A stretch of 64,000 nt of DNA from a virus (IMGVR_UViG_3300005805_000058:26269-90268), one strand, 5' to 3'. Shown: positions 31,623-41,000, counted from the first letter of the stretch. Numbers and translations: made by a program. Notes: generated by a model not told the origin, from the letters alone.

Positions 31623-32279
31623 ATGCGTAAAGTATTGATAGGCACTCCTTCATACGATGGGAGAATAGATGTTTGGTTTGCAAACAGCTTGGTTTCTACA
31701 GTGAAAATGTCCTATGAAAAGGACATACATGTTCACGCTATATACACAAGCTATGATTCTCTCATACAAAGAGCTAGGAACTCTCTCTTTAGACTTGCTC
31801 TACAGGGGGGATATGATGACCTATTCTTTATAGATAGTGATGTTGAATGGGAACCTGAATGGTTCTTTAGGCTTCTTGAAAGACCAGAACCTATTGTGGG
31901 ATGTGCTCTCATCAAAAAGGCTGAGAATGAAGGATATACAGTGAAGCTAGTGAACAAAAACTTGAAGTGGTCTAATGATAAAAAGCTCTTAGAAGTGGAT
32001 GGTGTGGGCACAGGCTTTATGAAGGTGAGTAGATTTGCTTTGGAAAAGCTATGGGAGATGAGTGATAAGTATATGTCAGAAGGTGAGGAGCACAGAATGA
32101 TTTGTGACATTCGTGTAGAGAATGGAGATTTGATTAGTGAGGATTATATTGTGTGCAGGAAGTGGCAAGACTTAGGATATAAGATATGGCTTGATCCAAC
32201 AATCACCATCAACCATATTGGTATTAAGAAATACAAAGGTGATTTTAATGCGTTCATAAAAAAGAACGGATATGTTTGA
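31623..32279 (+). CDS. GT-A fold glycosyltransferase (GT2-like)
   Basis: Motifs LIGTPSY, I.RARN, FFIDSDV (DxD), GTGFMKV and SEDYIVC. Confidence 0.8.
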   Translation: MRKVLIGTPSYDGRIDVWFANSLVSTVKMSYEKDIHVHAIYTSYDSLIQRARNSLFRLALQGGYDDLFFIDSDVEWEPEWFFRLLERPEPIVGCALIKKAENEGYTVKLVNKNLKWSNDKKLLEVDGVGTGFMKVSRFALEKLWEMSDKYMSEGEEHRMICDIRVENGDLISEDYIVCRKWQDLGYKIWLDPTITINHIGIKKYKGDFNAFIKKNGYV

Positions 32280-33177
32280 CAAACCAATGGGAGGCACAGA
32301 GCTCATGTACAATGAGCTAATGCGCAGATTACCAGATAGTTACAAAGAGAAGTTTTCTATATTTAACTACATATCACAGGCAGACTTTTCTAAAACCACA
32401 GTGTATTGGAACCAGTTGTCATATGATCAACAGGGTGTACAGTGGTTGTCAGACAAGAAGAACATAGACATGATTGATCATTTTGTCTTTGTTAGCTACT
32501 GGCAAGCTGAGAAGTACAGACAGATATTTGGCATTCCTGGATACAAAACAACTGTTATACAGAATGCTTGTATTGGTGTTCCTGATGTCACACGTAACAA
32601 TGATGTTATTAGGATGTGTTATACATCCACTCCATACAGAGGACTAGATGTTCTCATAGAGGCTTGGGATAAGTTAAACCCCAAGAACTGTGAGCTGCAC
32701 GTGTTCTCGAGCTGTAAGATATACGGTCCTGATTTTGCTCATACAGAGGAACCTAAATACACTGACCTGTACAATAGGTGTCTCAATACAAAAGGGATTG
32801 TATACAGAGGATCAATAGCTAATGATGAGCTTAGGAAAGAACTTCCTACGTTTGACATATTAGCCTATCCAAACACCTTTGAAGAAACCTCATGCATAGC
32901 TGTTATAGAAGCTTTGAGTGCAGGGTTGAGAGTGGTGACTAGCTCCTTGGGAGCATTACCAGAAACTTCAGAAGGTTGGGCTCGCATCTATCCCTATCTA
33001 ATGGATAAGGACAAACACGCTGAAGTGTTTGCTTCTGTTCTAAAGGAGGAGATGGAAGCTGTAGGAACCATCAACCTACAACTACAAAAAGAAATCTATG
33101 CTCCAAGATGGAGCTGGGATGCAAGAATAAACCAATGGATAAACTTTTTAGACACATTAACCCCAAAACAGCTCTAG
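32272..33177 (+). CDS. GT-B glycosyltransferase (GT4-like)
   Basis: Motifs GGTE, YTSTPYRGL, and ETSCIAVIEA (EX7E) followed by GALPE. Confidence 0.85.
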   Translation: MFDKPMGGTELMYNELMRRLPDSYKEKFSIFNYISQADFSKTTVYWNQLSYDQQGVQWLSDKKNIDMIDHFVFVSYWQAEKYRQIFGIPGYKTTVIQNACIGVPDVTRNNDVIRMCYTSTPYRGLDVLIEAWDKLNPKNCELHVFSSCKIYGPDFAHTEEPKYTDLYNRCLNTKGIVYRGSIANDELRKELPTFDILAYPNTFEETSCIAVIEALSAGLRVVTSSLGALPETSEGWARIYPYLMDKDKHAEVFASVLKEEMEAVGTINLQLQKEIYAPRWSWDARINQWINFLDTLTPKQL

Positions 33178-33737
33178 ATATTGGAGCACATGTAGGACAA
33201 TTTACAAGGAGCTTGTTGAAACAGTTTCCTAATTGTCAGGTGATTATGGTGGAGGCTAACCCAAAGTGTGAACCACACCTACAGAACACAGGGGTGAAAT
33301 ATGAAATGGTGGCACTCTCTGATTTTAATGGAGTGGCTAACCTATATATAGAGAACAATGATGAATTAGGAACTGGTGCTTCCTTATACAAGGAAAACAC
33401 AAATTGGTACAGTGAGGGTAAGAAACAAACTGTAACAACAAAACGCCTAGATGATTGTAATTATTTTGATGGAGCCCCAATAGATTTGATAAAGATGGAT
33501 GTGCAGGGTTCTGAATTAGATGTAGTGAGAGGTGGTTTAAATACAATAAAAAATGCTACCTTTGTGATGATGGAAACTTCTCTTCTACAATACAACCAAG
33601 GAGCTCCTTTGATTGATGCTGTAGTGGAGAGAATGATTAGTTTAAACTTCTGCATGTGGGATATTGTTGAATATCACAAGCTTTCAGACGGAACAATTTT
33701 CCAATTAGATATATTATTTAAAAACTTAAAACAATAA
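33135..33737 (+). CDS. FkbM-family SAM methyltransferase
   Basis: Motifs LDIGAHVG, VEANP and LIKMDVQGSELDVV.G. The ATG at 33135 is preferred over 33108. Confidence 0.85.
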   Translation: MDKLFRHINPKTALDIGAHVGQFTRSLLKQFPNCQVIMVEANPKCEPHLQNTGVKYEMVALSDFNGVANLYIENNDELGTGASLYKENTNWYSEGKKQTVTTKRLDDCNYFDGAPIDLIKMDVQGSELDVVRGGLNTIKNATFVMMETSLLQYNQGAPLIDAVVERMISLNFCMWDIVEYHKLSDGTIFQLDILFKNLKQ

Positions 33738-33744
33738 TAGAGCC

Positions 33745-34095
33745 ATGAAAATGCTATTTGCTAAGATTAATCCAGTTGCTGAGATCCCTGAGATGGAATC
33801 TCCTTTCGAGTATGTTGTAAAACAAGCTGACTACCTTACAGCTGTTGCTTCTCCCTATCGCTTAGGTGCTGAAGAAGTGAACTTCAGTCTCATCTATGGA
33901 ACAGCTACATTTGATGCTGAAGGAAACATGGAAACATTTACACGTTTGCTTGGTGGATCACTTACACTTGGTGCTCCTTACATTCAAGAATGGGGTATTG
34001 ATGATTCTGTAATCCTTGAAACAATCTGTGAACAAGTGGGTACAGAAGCTATTGAGTTCATCGAGGGTGATCCAAAGGACTTCAATCCATTCTAA
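33745..34095 (+). CDS. Acidic hypothetical protein (possibly fibre-associated)
   Basis: Clean ORF in the operon with strongly biased codon use; no recognised motif. Confidence 0.6.
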   Translation: MKMLFAKINPVAEIPEMESPFEYVVKQADYLTAVASPYRLGAEEVNFSLIYGTATFDAEGNMETFTRLLGGSLTLGAPYIQEWGIDDSVILETICEQVGTEAIEFIEGDPKDFNPF

Positions 34096-34119
34096 TTTAC
34101 AAACAAAACCAACGACATA

Positions 34120-34941
34120 ATGGTAAAGAAGATATTCTACAACAGCTCTCTTCCAAGAGCTGGAAGTACACTTATTCAGAATATTCTAGCACAGAATCCA
34201 CTAATACACTCTACACCAACCTCTGGTATATTTGAGCTGTACATGAATGCTCGTAACTATTTCTCTAATGGAATAGAATTCAAAGCACAAGATCAGCAAC
34301 AAATGGAGAATGGGTTTAAGGGGATGTTGAAAGATGGACTGTATGGATTTTACAATGCTATAACTGATCGTCCTTATGTCATAGAAAAGTCTAGGGGATG
34401 GGGGATGGAGCGTGAGTTCATTCATGCTTTTGATCCCAACCCCAAGATTATTTGTATGATTAGGGACATACGTGCTATATATTCATCATTAGAGAAGAAG
34501 TATAGACAGAATCCTCTTGTTGACACAAACATTGCTAACTGGGGTAACTTAACAGGTACCACCACAGATAAGCGAATGATTGTATGGTCAAACAATCCTC
34601 CTATTGGTCCAGCCCTGGACAGGTTATACCAGACACTTGTAGCTGGTACACATCAACACATTCTATTTATTAAGTTTGAAGAGCTATGTGCAGATCCTGA
34701 TACACAATTAAAACGTGTGTATGAGTATCTGGAGCTCCCTTATTTTGAACATGACTTCAAAAACATCCAACAGTATTCTGTAGAGGATGATAAATGGTAT
34801 GGTATATTTGGTGACCACATCATCCGTGGAGAACTTAAACCTGTAAAGGATGACTATAAAGAAGTGTTAGGTCCTAATGCTTGTAAGATTATAGAGGATA
34901 GTTACATGTGGTTCTTTAATGATTTTGGATATAAAATTTAA
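34120..34941 (+). CDS. PAPS-dependent sulfotransferase
   Basis: 5'-PSB loop SLPRAGSTL, 3'-PB motif IRDIRAIYSS, and IKFEELCADP. Confidence 0.85.
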   Translation: MVKKIFYNSSLPRAGSTLIQNILAQNPLIHSTPTSGIFELYMNARNYFSNGIEFKAQDQQQMENGFKGMLKDGLYGFYNAITDRPYVIEKSRGWGMEREFIHAFDPNPKIICMIRDIRAIYSSLEKKYRQNPLVDTNIANWGNLTGTTTDKRMIVWSNNPPIGPALDRLYQTLVAGTHQHILFIKFEELCADPDTQLKRVYEYLELPYFEHDFKNIQQYSVEDDKWYGIFGDHIIRGELKPVKDDYKEVLGPNACKIIEDSYMWFFNDFGYKI

Positions 34942-34944
34942 CGT

Positions 34945-35898
34945 ATGAACGTAGGATATAAAACCGACACAGAGGTACAGGAAACAGAGAAGTTCACTGT
35001 ACTAGAAGACAGATCTAAAGAAAGTGATAAGTATGTAGTGTGGCACATTGAGGGAGGGCTAGGAAAGAACATAGCTGCCACAGCGTTGATTGAGGATGTT
35101 AACAAACGCTATCCTGATAGGAAGCTCGTAATGGTGGTATCATACCCAGAGATTTTTCTGAACAATCCCCACATACACAGAGTGTACAGAGTGGGTATGA
35201 CATCTTATTTCTATGATGACTACATCAATGGTAAGGACACCATCATATTCAGACATGAGCCTTACTTCCAGAGTGATCACATCATGAAGAAGAAACATCT
35301 GATTCACAACTGGTGTGACCTGATGAATTTAGAATACAAGGAACAACTTCCTATATTCTATCCAAACGCTGTACAGAAAGGAATGGTGCATGCATTCATG
35401 CGTGAGAAACCCATCCTACTTATACAGACTAACGGTGGTGCTCTTAACAGCAACATGTCCTACTCATGGACAAGAGACATGCCTTTCTATGTAGCTATGG
35501 CTATTGCTGAGAGATATGCAAACTCCCATCACATTATACAGGTGACACGTCCTAACACACCTCTAATCCCTGGAGCTGAACAGTTCTTCCATCAGATGAC
35601 TAACTTTGAGCAGTTCTCAATGATAGCAGCTTCTGACAAACGTGTATTGATTGATTCTTCTCTACAGCACGCATCTGCAGCCATGGGATTGAGATCTACA
35701 GTGTTATGGATAGGAACATCTCCTGTCAACTTTGGATATAACATACACAATAACATTGTGGCAAATCCTCCAAAGGGTACAAACAAGTTGATTGATTCTT
35801 ATATATTTGACTATTCGTTTGAAGGTACACCTCACGAGTGTCCATATAATGACTTGACAGAAATGTTTAATGTGAATGAAATAATAAAATCAATATGA
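34945..35898 (+). CDS. GT-B glycosyltransferase (GT9/heptosyltransferase-like)
   Basis: N-terminal GGLGKNI loop and IDSSLQHASAAMG...VLW (DSxxxHxAAA). Confidence 0.7.
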   Translation: MNVGYKTDTEVQETEKFTVLEDRSKESDKYVVWHIEGGLGKNIAATALIEDVNKRYPDRKLVMVVSYPEIFLNNPHIHRVYRVGMTSYFYDDYINGKDTIIFRHEPYFQSDHIMKKKHLIHNWCDLMNLEYKEQLPIFYPNAVQKGMVHAFMREKPILLIQTNGGALNSNMSYSWTRDMPFYVAMAIAERYANSHHIIQVTRPNTPLIPGAEQFFHQMTNFEQFSMIAASDKRVLIDSSLQHASAAMGLRSTVLWIGTSPVNFGYNIHNNIVANPPKGTNKLIDSYIFDYSFEGTPHECPYNDLTEMFNVNEIIKSI

Positions 35899-36365
35899 TA
35901 ATAGTGTTGTTTGGGCAGCCACATTGTGGTAAATCAACTCTAGCCAAAGAATTAGAAATGTCTAGAGTGTTATATGGAGCAGTGAACATTGATGGTGATG
36001 AGCTTAGGAAGTTGTTTGTAAACACAGACTACAGCAGAGAAGGAAGACTTAGAAACTTGAATAGGGCTAGTGACATTGCTACATACCTAAACCATATGGG
36101 TGATGATGTTATCCTATCTCTTGTCTATCCTTACAAAGAAGCTAGAGACTATTTAAACAGTTTATGCAAGGATGTACATTGGATCTATCTCACTTACGAA
36201 GGTGAGAGAGGAAGAGAGAACTTTCATGTGAAAGACTTTGATGTTCCAACAGATGAACGTATATTGCACCTGGATACATCAAAGATGTCTCCATTTGATT
36301 GTGTAACTGAAATACTTAAATATGCAAAACTATCTAGCAAAAGCAACAGCTCCATCATCTTCTAA
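35895..36365 (+). CDS. cysC: Adenylylsulfate (APS) kinase
   Basis: P-loop GQPHCGKSTLA, IDGDELR and DYSREGRLRN. Confidence 0.75.
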   Translation: MIIVLFGQPHCGKSTLAKELEMSRVLYGAVNIDGDELRKLFVNTDYSREGRLRNLNRASDIATYLNHMGDDVILSLVYPYKEARDYLNSLCKDVHWIYLTYEGERGRENFHVKDFDVPTDERILHLDTSKMSPFDCVTEILKYAKLSSKSNSSIIF

Positions 36366-36720
36366 CTCAAAGAAGTATGCAATGTTTATTGGAAGATGGC
36401 AACCTTGGCATTCAGGTCACAGGTGGTTAATTGACCAAGCCCTTAATGAGGGTAAACATGTTTTGTTATGTATTAGAGAAGTGGAACCAGATGAGAAGAA
36501 TCCCTGGACACCTGGACAAGTTTTATTAAATTTAGCAAATGAACTGGAAGAACTGGTGGAATCAGGAAGACTCAGAATTATTACTATTCCTGATATTGAA
36601 TCTATTAACATTGGTCGTGGTATCGGTTATGATGTCATAGAACACATACCACCTCAAGACATACACGATATATCTGCTACAAGAATTAGAGAACAAATGA
36701 AAGCAGAGGGTAAGTTATGA
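36322..36720 (+). CDS. HIGH-superfamily nucleotidyltransferase (candidate minimal sulfate adenylyltransferase)
   Basis: GRWQPWHSGH (HxGH) and ISATRIR motifs; the gene overlaps cysC. Confidence 0.7.
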   Translation: MQNYLAKATAPSSSNSKKYAMFIGRWQPWHSGHRWLIDQALNEGKHVLLCIREVEPDEKNPWTPGQVLLNLANELEELVESGRLRIITIPDIESINIGRGIGYDVIEHIPPQDIHDISATRIREQMKAEGKL

Positions 36721-36941
36721 TAGTAGAAACAAAAAGACATATAGCCAAAACTATAAGCTACCGCATTATAAGCACACTGATTGGTGTGCTTACTATGTTT
36801 GTAGTGACAGGATCTATAAAAGCAGGAGCTGCATTTGGTGCAGCTGAGCTTTTATGGAAGCCCATACAATATTACATCCACGAACGTATTTGGTATAAGT
36901 GGGTTAGATATGGCCTAAGAGCGCAAAAACAACCTGACTAG
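36717..36941 (+). CDS. DUF2061-like small membrane protein
   Basis: KRHIAKTISYR...YYIHERIW pattern with hydrophobic segments. Confidence 0.75.
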   Translation: MIVETKRHIAKTISYRIISTLIGVLTMFVVTGSIKAGAAFGAAELLWKPIQYYIHERIWYKWVRYGLRAQKQPD

Positions 36942-39900
36942 CGTCTATCTTCCTATGGCATTCAAACTGCCTATCTGTTCCTTTGTGAACAGGACACCAA
37001 TCCCAATCTCCTGCATCAAATCTATATTCAGGTTTATTCCAGCATCCGTGACACACGTTTGTGTTATCTATTCTGATGCATTTAAACTCATGGTCAGCAT
37101 CTGTAAAGTTGCTAATCATCACCACCTTTTTGTTCATAGCCCAAGCTAACCAGCTCAGTCCACTAGATAGTCCTATGAATAGATGACTGTGATGAATGAC
37201 ATTCATGGTGTTCTCCATGGATGTATCTTCTATTTGCTCACAGTTGTCAAAAGGATTCTTCTCCTTAGATACATTTATCACTCTGTATCCCTTCTCATGC
37301 AGGAAGTTGATTACTGCCTGCCATCCCTCTTTGGTCCAGAACTTACAGCCAGATGTAGAATTAGTGGCTATTGTAATATACTTACCGTATGGATTATCAC
37401 TAGCATCAAAATCAATTCTTGGTTTAATCTCTTGATAATCAACGCCCAAGATGTTTGTTGCTGTTTCTTGTAGGTTAACTGTGTTACAAAGCTTGGGCTC
37501 TCTATCACTGTCATAAAACCAACCCACATTGTACATACCCATGATGTTGTTAACTACAGATCCTGGATTGACAAATTCAATCTCTGGATAGACATTCTTG
37601 AATAGGAAGTTTTTGAATGTGCTCACTATTACATGGCAGTTATGTTTCTTCTGAAACTCTAGAACATATGGCATCCATGCTATTGTATCTCCCAGTGACT
37701 TGCTGTCAAAAGCTATGTACACACGCTGGTTCTCATAGTTGAGAGTGTATTCGTAATACAGCTCTTCATCTTTCCACACCTTTATAGTCCACTTAGTATA
37801 CCAGCTTCTATTAAGCTTCACCCAGTGATTAATTTTTATCTTGTTCTCGTAGTGACACACACCCTGTTCATCGTAGAATCTAACAGTGAACAAGCTCTTT
37901 GAATTACCGTTGATTTCTAAGAATGGTGCATTTACAAAGTGATGATTGATTATAATGGTTTCTTTATCAGGTTGTGGAGGTCTGCTTATAACATCCTTGT
38001 ATAGCTCAATGTGCTTCTTAGCAAACTCCTGGTTCTGTCCTTCAGGAATAGTGTATGCTACACCAGTGATCGATCTCACCTGTTCTTCTAACTTCTCAGG
38101 CTTTAGATCTATAATATATTGTGTAAACATATTCCCATACTGAGGAAGGTTACGAGCTATAATTGGTAAGCCATACCCTATAGCTTCTCTAAGCACTAGA
38201 GGATTACATTCAAATGTGCTGTTAAATAAGAATACATCTGCAGCTGCCATGAATGCACCTACATCATCACGCTCTCCCCATACATGCACATTAGGTGGTA
38301 AGTCTTTCATAATGGGCTCCCAATAAGATTGAAAGTTCCCAGCTTGGTTACCTACAAAGTGGAAATGTACATCTGGCATTTGTCTAGCTAGCTCTACAGC
38401 TTCTCCTTGATTCTTACCAGGTGTCCATAGTCCTACATTAAGAACATGTGCACCAGCTCCTAAATCTATAGGAGCACTATGCTTCTTCTCAATAGGAAAC
38501 TCTATCACCTCTTTCCTAGAGGGCATGTTTTTGAATGTCTCTAGGTGATAGGGAGTACAGAAAGCATACGCATCTGGATGATAACGTTTCTCAATGTCTG
38601 GTTTGAATATAATGTTGTGACAGGTCTCAACCACTCTCCATGTCCTATCTGCAGTGTACAAAGCTTGTCTAAGTGATTCTGGCCAGTTATTATGACCATC
38701 TTCTACCATCTCCTCTACATGTACAACATCTACAGCATGTCTATTGATGATGTTCATTAGCTCCATTTTGTCCTCTTCTAACGTGTAGAAGTGGTGAGCT
38801 AGTTGCTTTATCTGATTCTTCTGTACAACATAATGATCACTGTGGTTGGCATATTCCACCACTACGATTTGCGAATTGCTAAATTCTAGGAGAGTTTGTA
38901 TTCTTTTCAAAAGGAATGCAGGCATACCACCTGTAGATAAGTGGGGGGCTAGGAACAGTATAGTTAGTTTGTTCTTCTGACGCTCTATCATCCTGTACAT
39001 AGTGACAGCATCTTTCTCTCCGTGATAGAACATTAGCTCATTAGTATGCGCTGGTGTAGCTATAAAGTGGTCTATGTGGTTCTTATAGCCAACAAACTGT
39101 ACATTGTTCACTCTGTCTAATGATCCATTTATGTATATGTACGGTAGACCATCTAGTTGTTTGTGCTTCCAGAGAAGAACGTTAGCTATAGTTTCTTCGT
39201 GATAGGGAGCATACCACTGAGGATTCTGGAGCACCTTGGGATGGTTGCACATCCACCACCAGTTGTCAAGGAATTCTTGACACCACTCACCTGCTACAAA
39301 GTATCCTGTTTGTCTATACTTATCTCTAACATGTTGATCTACACCAAAGAGCTCACAGGCTGGATGCTCAAGTGTACCAGACAGATTGTTTCTGTCAATA
39401 GCACCACCTCTTCCGTTGATAATCATCCATTCGTAAATACCTTCTGTGAAATATGGATGGGTAGATTTCACTGGGAAGTAGTCAAATATCCTATCCACAT
39501 ATTTAGTGGCTACACTGTCACTATCTATATAGGCTACAGTTTTGGCATAATTCAGGGCATCTTTTACAATTAACGGACGCTGTATTAGGATGTTGTAAAT
39601 ATCTACACTAGTCCTGTCAATATACTTCTGCTGGGGAACGTCCTTTATTTTACAACTCCAATTGAACACAATAGCCTCATCAAGCTCTATGTCTGAATCA
39701 AGCATGTAGACAATTATAGGAAGCTCACTAAAGCTCCTGATGGAATTTATACAGGCTTGTACAGTGTCAGCATAGCTCTCTGTAGCATATAGAACATAGG
39801 CTTTTTCAAACCGTAAATCTTTGTTTACGTAATACCCATACCACTGATTGTCATATAGTTTGACAAGCCCCTTATATCTAGACATCATCACCTCTGGTGT

Positions 39901-40320
39901 TAGGTCATCCTGGTGGTGGGTTTCATACTCATTCCCATATTCTGCCCCATCTTGAGGCATCATATATGGCACAGCTATTAGAAACCTCTTGTCCATCATC
40001 TCAAAATCAAAGATGAGATCTACAGCTTTGTCAGCAGGTATGTGCTCTAGAACATCTCCTAGGATGATGAAGTCGTAAGGAGCAACATCAAACTCTAAAA
40101 TGTCTCCAACATAAACATTGTCATACTTATCACGTAGATTGAACTGGTGGACATACGGTTCCCATATCTCTAGGGCATCCATTCTATATCCAAGATCTCT
40201 AAGTAGCTGAGAATAAGTGCCCTGACCTGGACCAACATCCAGTATGCGCTTGCTTGTAGGAACATTGTTTATGAACCACTCTTTGATTTCAGGTTTGAAA
40301 TAGGAATAACTGTTTGGCAT
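36904..40320 (-). CDS. Four-domain glycan enzyme: SAM methyltransferase + GT-A + GT4 + TibC/Aah-like autotransporter O-heptosyltransferase domain
   Basis: MTase: LDVGPGQG. GT-A: YIDSDS. GT4: STGGMP and ECNPLVLREA. TibC/Aah-like: SLGDTIAW, FIGLSSGLSWLAWA, and CHGCWN...WCP...FEC (four-Cys iron finger). Confidence 0.85.
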   Translation of the reverse strand: MPNSYSYFKPEIKEWFINNVPTSKRILDVGPGQGTYSQLLRDLGYRMDALEIWEPYVHQFNLRDKYDNVYVGDILEFDVAPYDFIILGDVLEHIPADKAVDLIFDFEMMDKRFLIAVPYMMPQDGAEYGNEYETHHQDDLTPEVMMSRYKGLVKLYDNQWYGYYVNKDLRFEKAYVLYATESYADTVQACINSIRSFSELPIIVYMLDSDIELDEAIVFNWSCKIKDVPQQKYIDRTSVDIYNILIQRPLIVKDALNYAKTVAYIDSDSVATKYVDRIFDYFPVKSTHPYFTEGIYEWMIINGRGGAIDRNNLSGTLEHPACELFGVDQHVRDKYRQTGYFVAGEWCQEFLDNWWWMCNHPKVLQNPQWYAPYHEETIANVLLWKHKQLDGLPYIYINGSLDRVNNVQFVGYKNHIDHFIATPAHTNELMFYHGEKDAVTMYRMIERQKNKLTILFLAPHLSTGGMPAFLLKRIQTLLEFSNSQIVVVEYANHSDHYVVQKNQIKQLAHHFYTLEEDKMELMNIINRHAVDVVHVEEMVEDGHNNWPESLRQALYTADRTWRVVETCHNIIFKPDIEKRYHPDAYAFCTPYHLETFKNMPSRKEVIEFPIEKKHSAPIDLGAGAHVLNVGLWTPGKNQGEAVELARQMPDVHFHFVGNQAGNFQSYWEPIMKDLPPNVHVWGERDDVGAFMAAADVFLFNSTFECNPLVLREAIGYGLPIIARNLPQYGNMFTQYIIDLKPEKLEEQVRSITGVAYTIPEGQNQEFAKKHIELYKDVISRPPQPDKETIIINHHFVNAPFLEINGNSKSLFTVRFYDEQGVCHYENKIKINHWVKLNRSWYTKWTIKVWKDEELYYEYTLNYENQRVYIAFDSKSLGDTIAWMPYVLEFQKKHNCHVIVSTFKNFLFKNVYPEIEFVNPGSVVNNIMGMYNVGWFYDSDREPKLCNTVNLQETATNILGVDYQEIKPRIDFDASDNPYGKYITIATNSTSGCKFWTKEGWQAVINFLHEKGYRVINVSKEKNPFDNCEQIEDTSMENTMNVIHHSHLFIGLSSGLSWLAWAMNKKVVMISNFTDADHEFKCIRIDNTNVCHGCWNKPEYRFDAGDWDWCPVHKGTDRQFECHRKIDASQVVFALLGHI

Positions 40321-40327
40321 AAGCTAA

Positions 40328-40358
40328 CAAAGGTAAAAAAATATTTGGTAAATTCAAA
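40328..40358 (-). promoter_or_regulatory. Bacteroidota sigma-A promoter for the four-domain GT
   Basis: On the minus strand: TTTG (40358-40355), 19 nt, TACCTTTG (40335-40328), then 7 nt to the ATG. Confidence 0.75.
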
Positions 40359-40375
40359 GAAATTGCTTAGTTTTG
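40344..40375 (+). promoter_or_regulatory. Bacteroidota sigma-A promoter, divergent and overlapping the previous one
   Basis: TTTG (40344-40347), 20 nt, TAGTTTTG (40368-40375). Confidence 0.7.
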
Positions 40376-40403
40376 TTACGTAAAGTGTACTCTTTCACTT
40401 AAT

Positions 40404-40414
40404 GCTATATTATG
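40404..40414 (+). promoter_or_regulatory. GCTATATTATG motif, copy 2
   Basis: Identical to 15680-15690; lies upstream of the lysis genes. Confidence 0.35.
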
Positions 40415-40422
40415 CTACAGCT

Positions 40423-40456
40423 CACCGTTTATTTCCCCATAAAACGGTGTTTTTTT
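40423..40456 (+). terminator. Intrinsic terminator-like hairpin in the lysis-operon leader
   Basis: CACCGTTT / AAACGGTG stem followed by T7. Confidence 0.7.
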
Positions 40457-40491
40457 CTTTAAAATTCTTAATCAATCACACGTCTAATGTA

Positions 40492-40803
40492 ATGGAAAAT
40501 CAAGATTATTTCAGAAACGAATTGAACAGCATGGACCACAGACTTAATGACCTAGAGGAAAAGATCGACTCTATTGATGAAAAACTTACACAAGTGATTG
40601 ATGCAATCCTTGGGAACAAACTAACCAAATCTGGTGGCTTTACAAAAGATCTAGAAGCACTTAAGGAAAAGATTAGCCTTATTGAAAGGAAACAGGACAA
40701 GTATGATGAGTTTAAAAAGCGCATCACTTGGACTATAGGAATTATTATAGGCATAGGATTACTTATACAATACATAACCACTGTATACTCAAATGTAAAA
40801 TGA
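40492..40803 (+). CDS. Coiled-coil protein with C-terminal TM helix (holin/XhlA-like lysis protein)
   Basis: ATG at 40492 (MENQD); heptad pattern, then ITWTIGIIIGIGLLIQY; upstream of the amidase. Confidence 0.6.
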   Translation: MENQDYFRNELNSMDHRLNDLEEKIDSIDEKLTQVIDAILGNKLTKSGGFTKDLEALKEKISLIERKQDKYDEFKKRITWTIGIIIGIGLLIQYITTVYSNVK

Positions 40804-40997
40804 AGTTTGGCTGGAAACAATATTGGAAACCCACACCCCTAATGGTAAGAAAGCTTGCAGACGCTGTGTTTGCAACCACCACTTGTATAGGTAGTGCTGC
40901 TACGTTTGACAATGAGTCAAAGATGGGTGTCACCATCATCATCATAGGGTTTATAGCCAAGACTGTCTCTAACTTTTTCTCAGAAGAAAACCAATAA
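40800..40997 (+). CDS. Putative two-TM holin
   Basis: MKFGWKQYWKPTP start at an ATGA overlap; two hydrophobic segments; 65 aa. Confidence 0.6.
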   Translation: MKFGWKQYWKPTPLMVRKLADAVFATTTCIGSAATFDNESKMGVTIIIIGFIAKTVSNFFSEENQ

Positions 40998-41000
40998 TAT

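Noticed and set aside
31623-40320. Host capsule/LPS locus, implying a prophage boundary or contamination
   Set aside because: No transport, polymerase or nucleotide-sugar genes and no integrase. It is flanked by phage fibre and lysis genes with the same promoter and codon style.
40402-40491. N-terminal extension of the 40402 ORF
   Set aside because: It spans the hairpin and T-run; the ATG at 40492 fits better.
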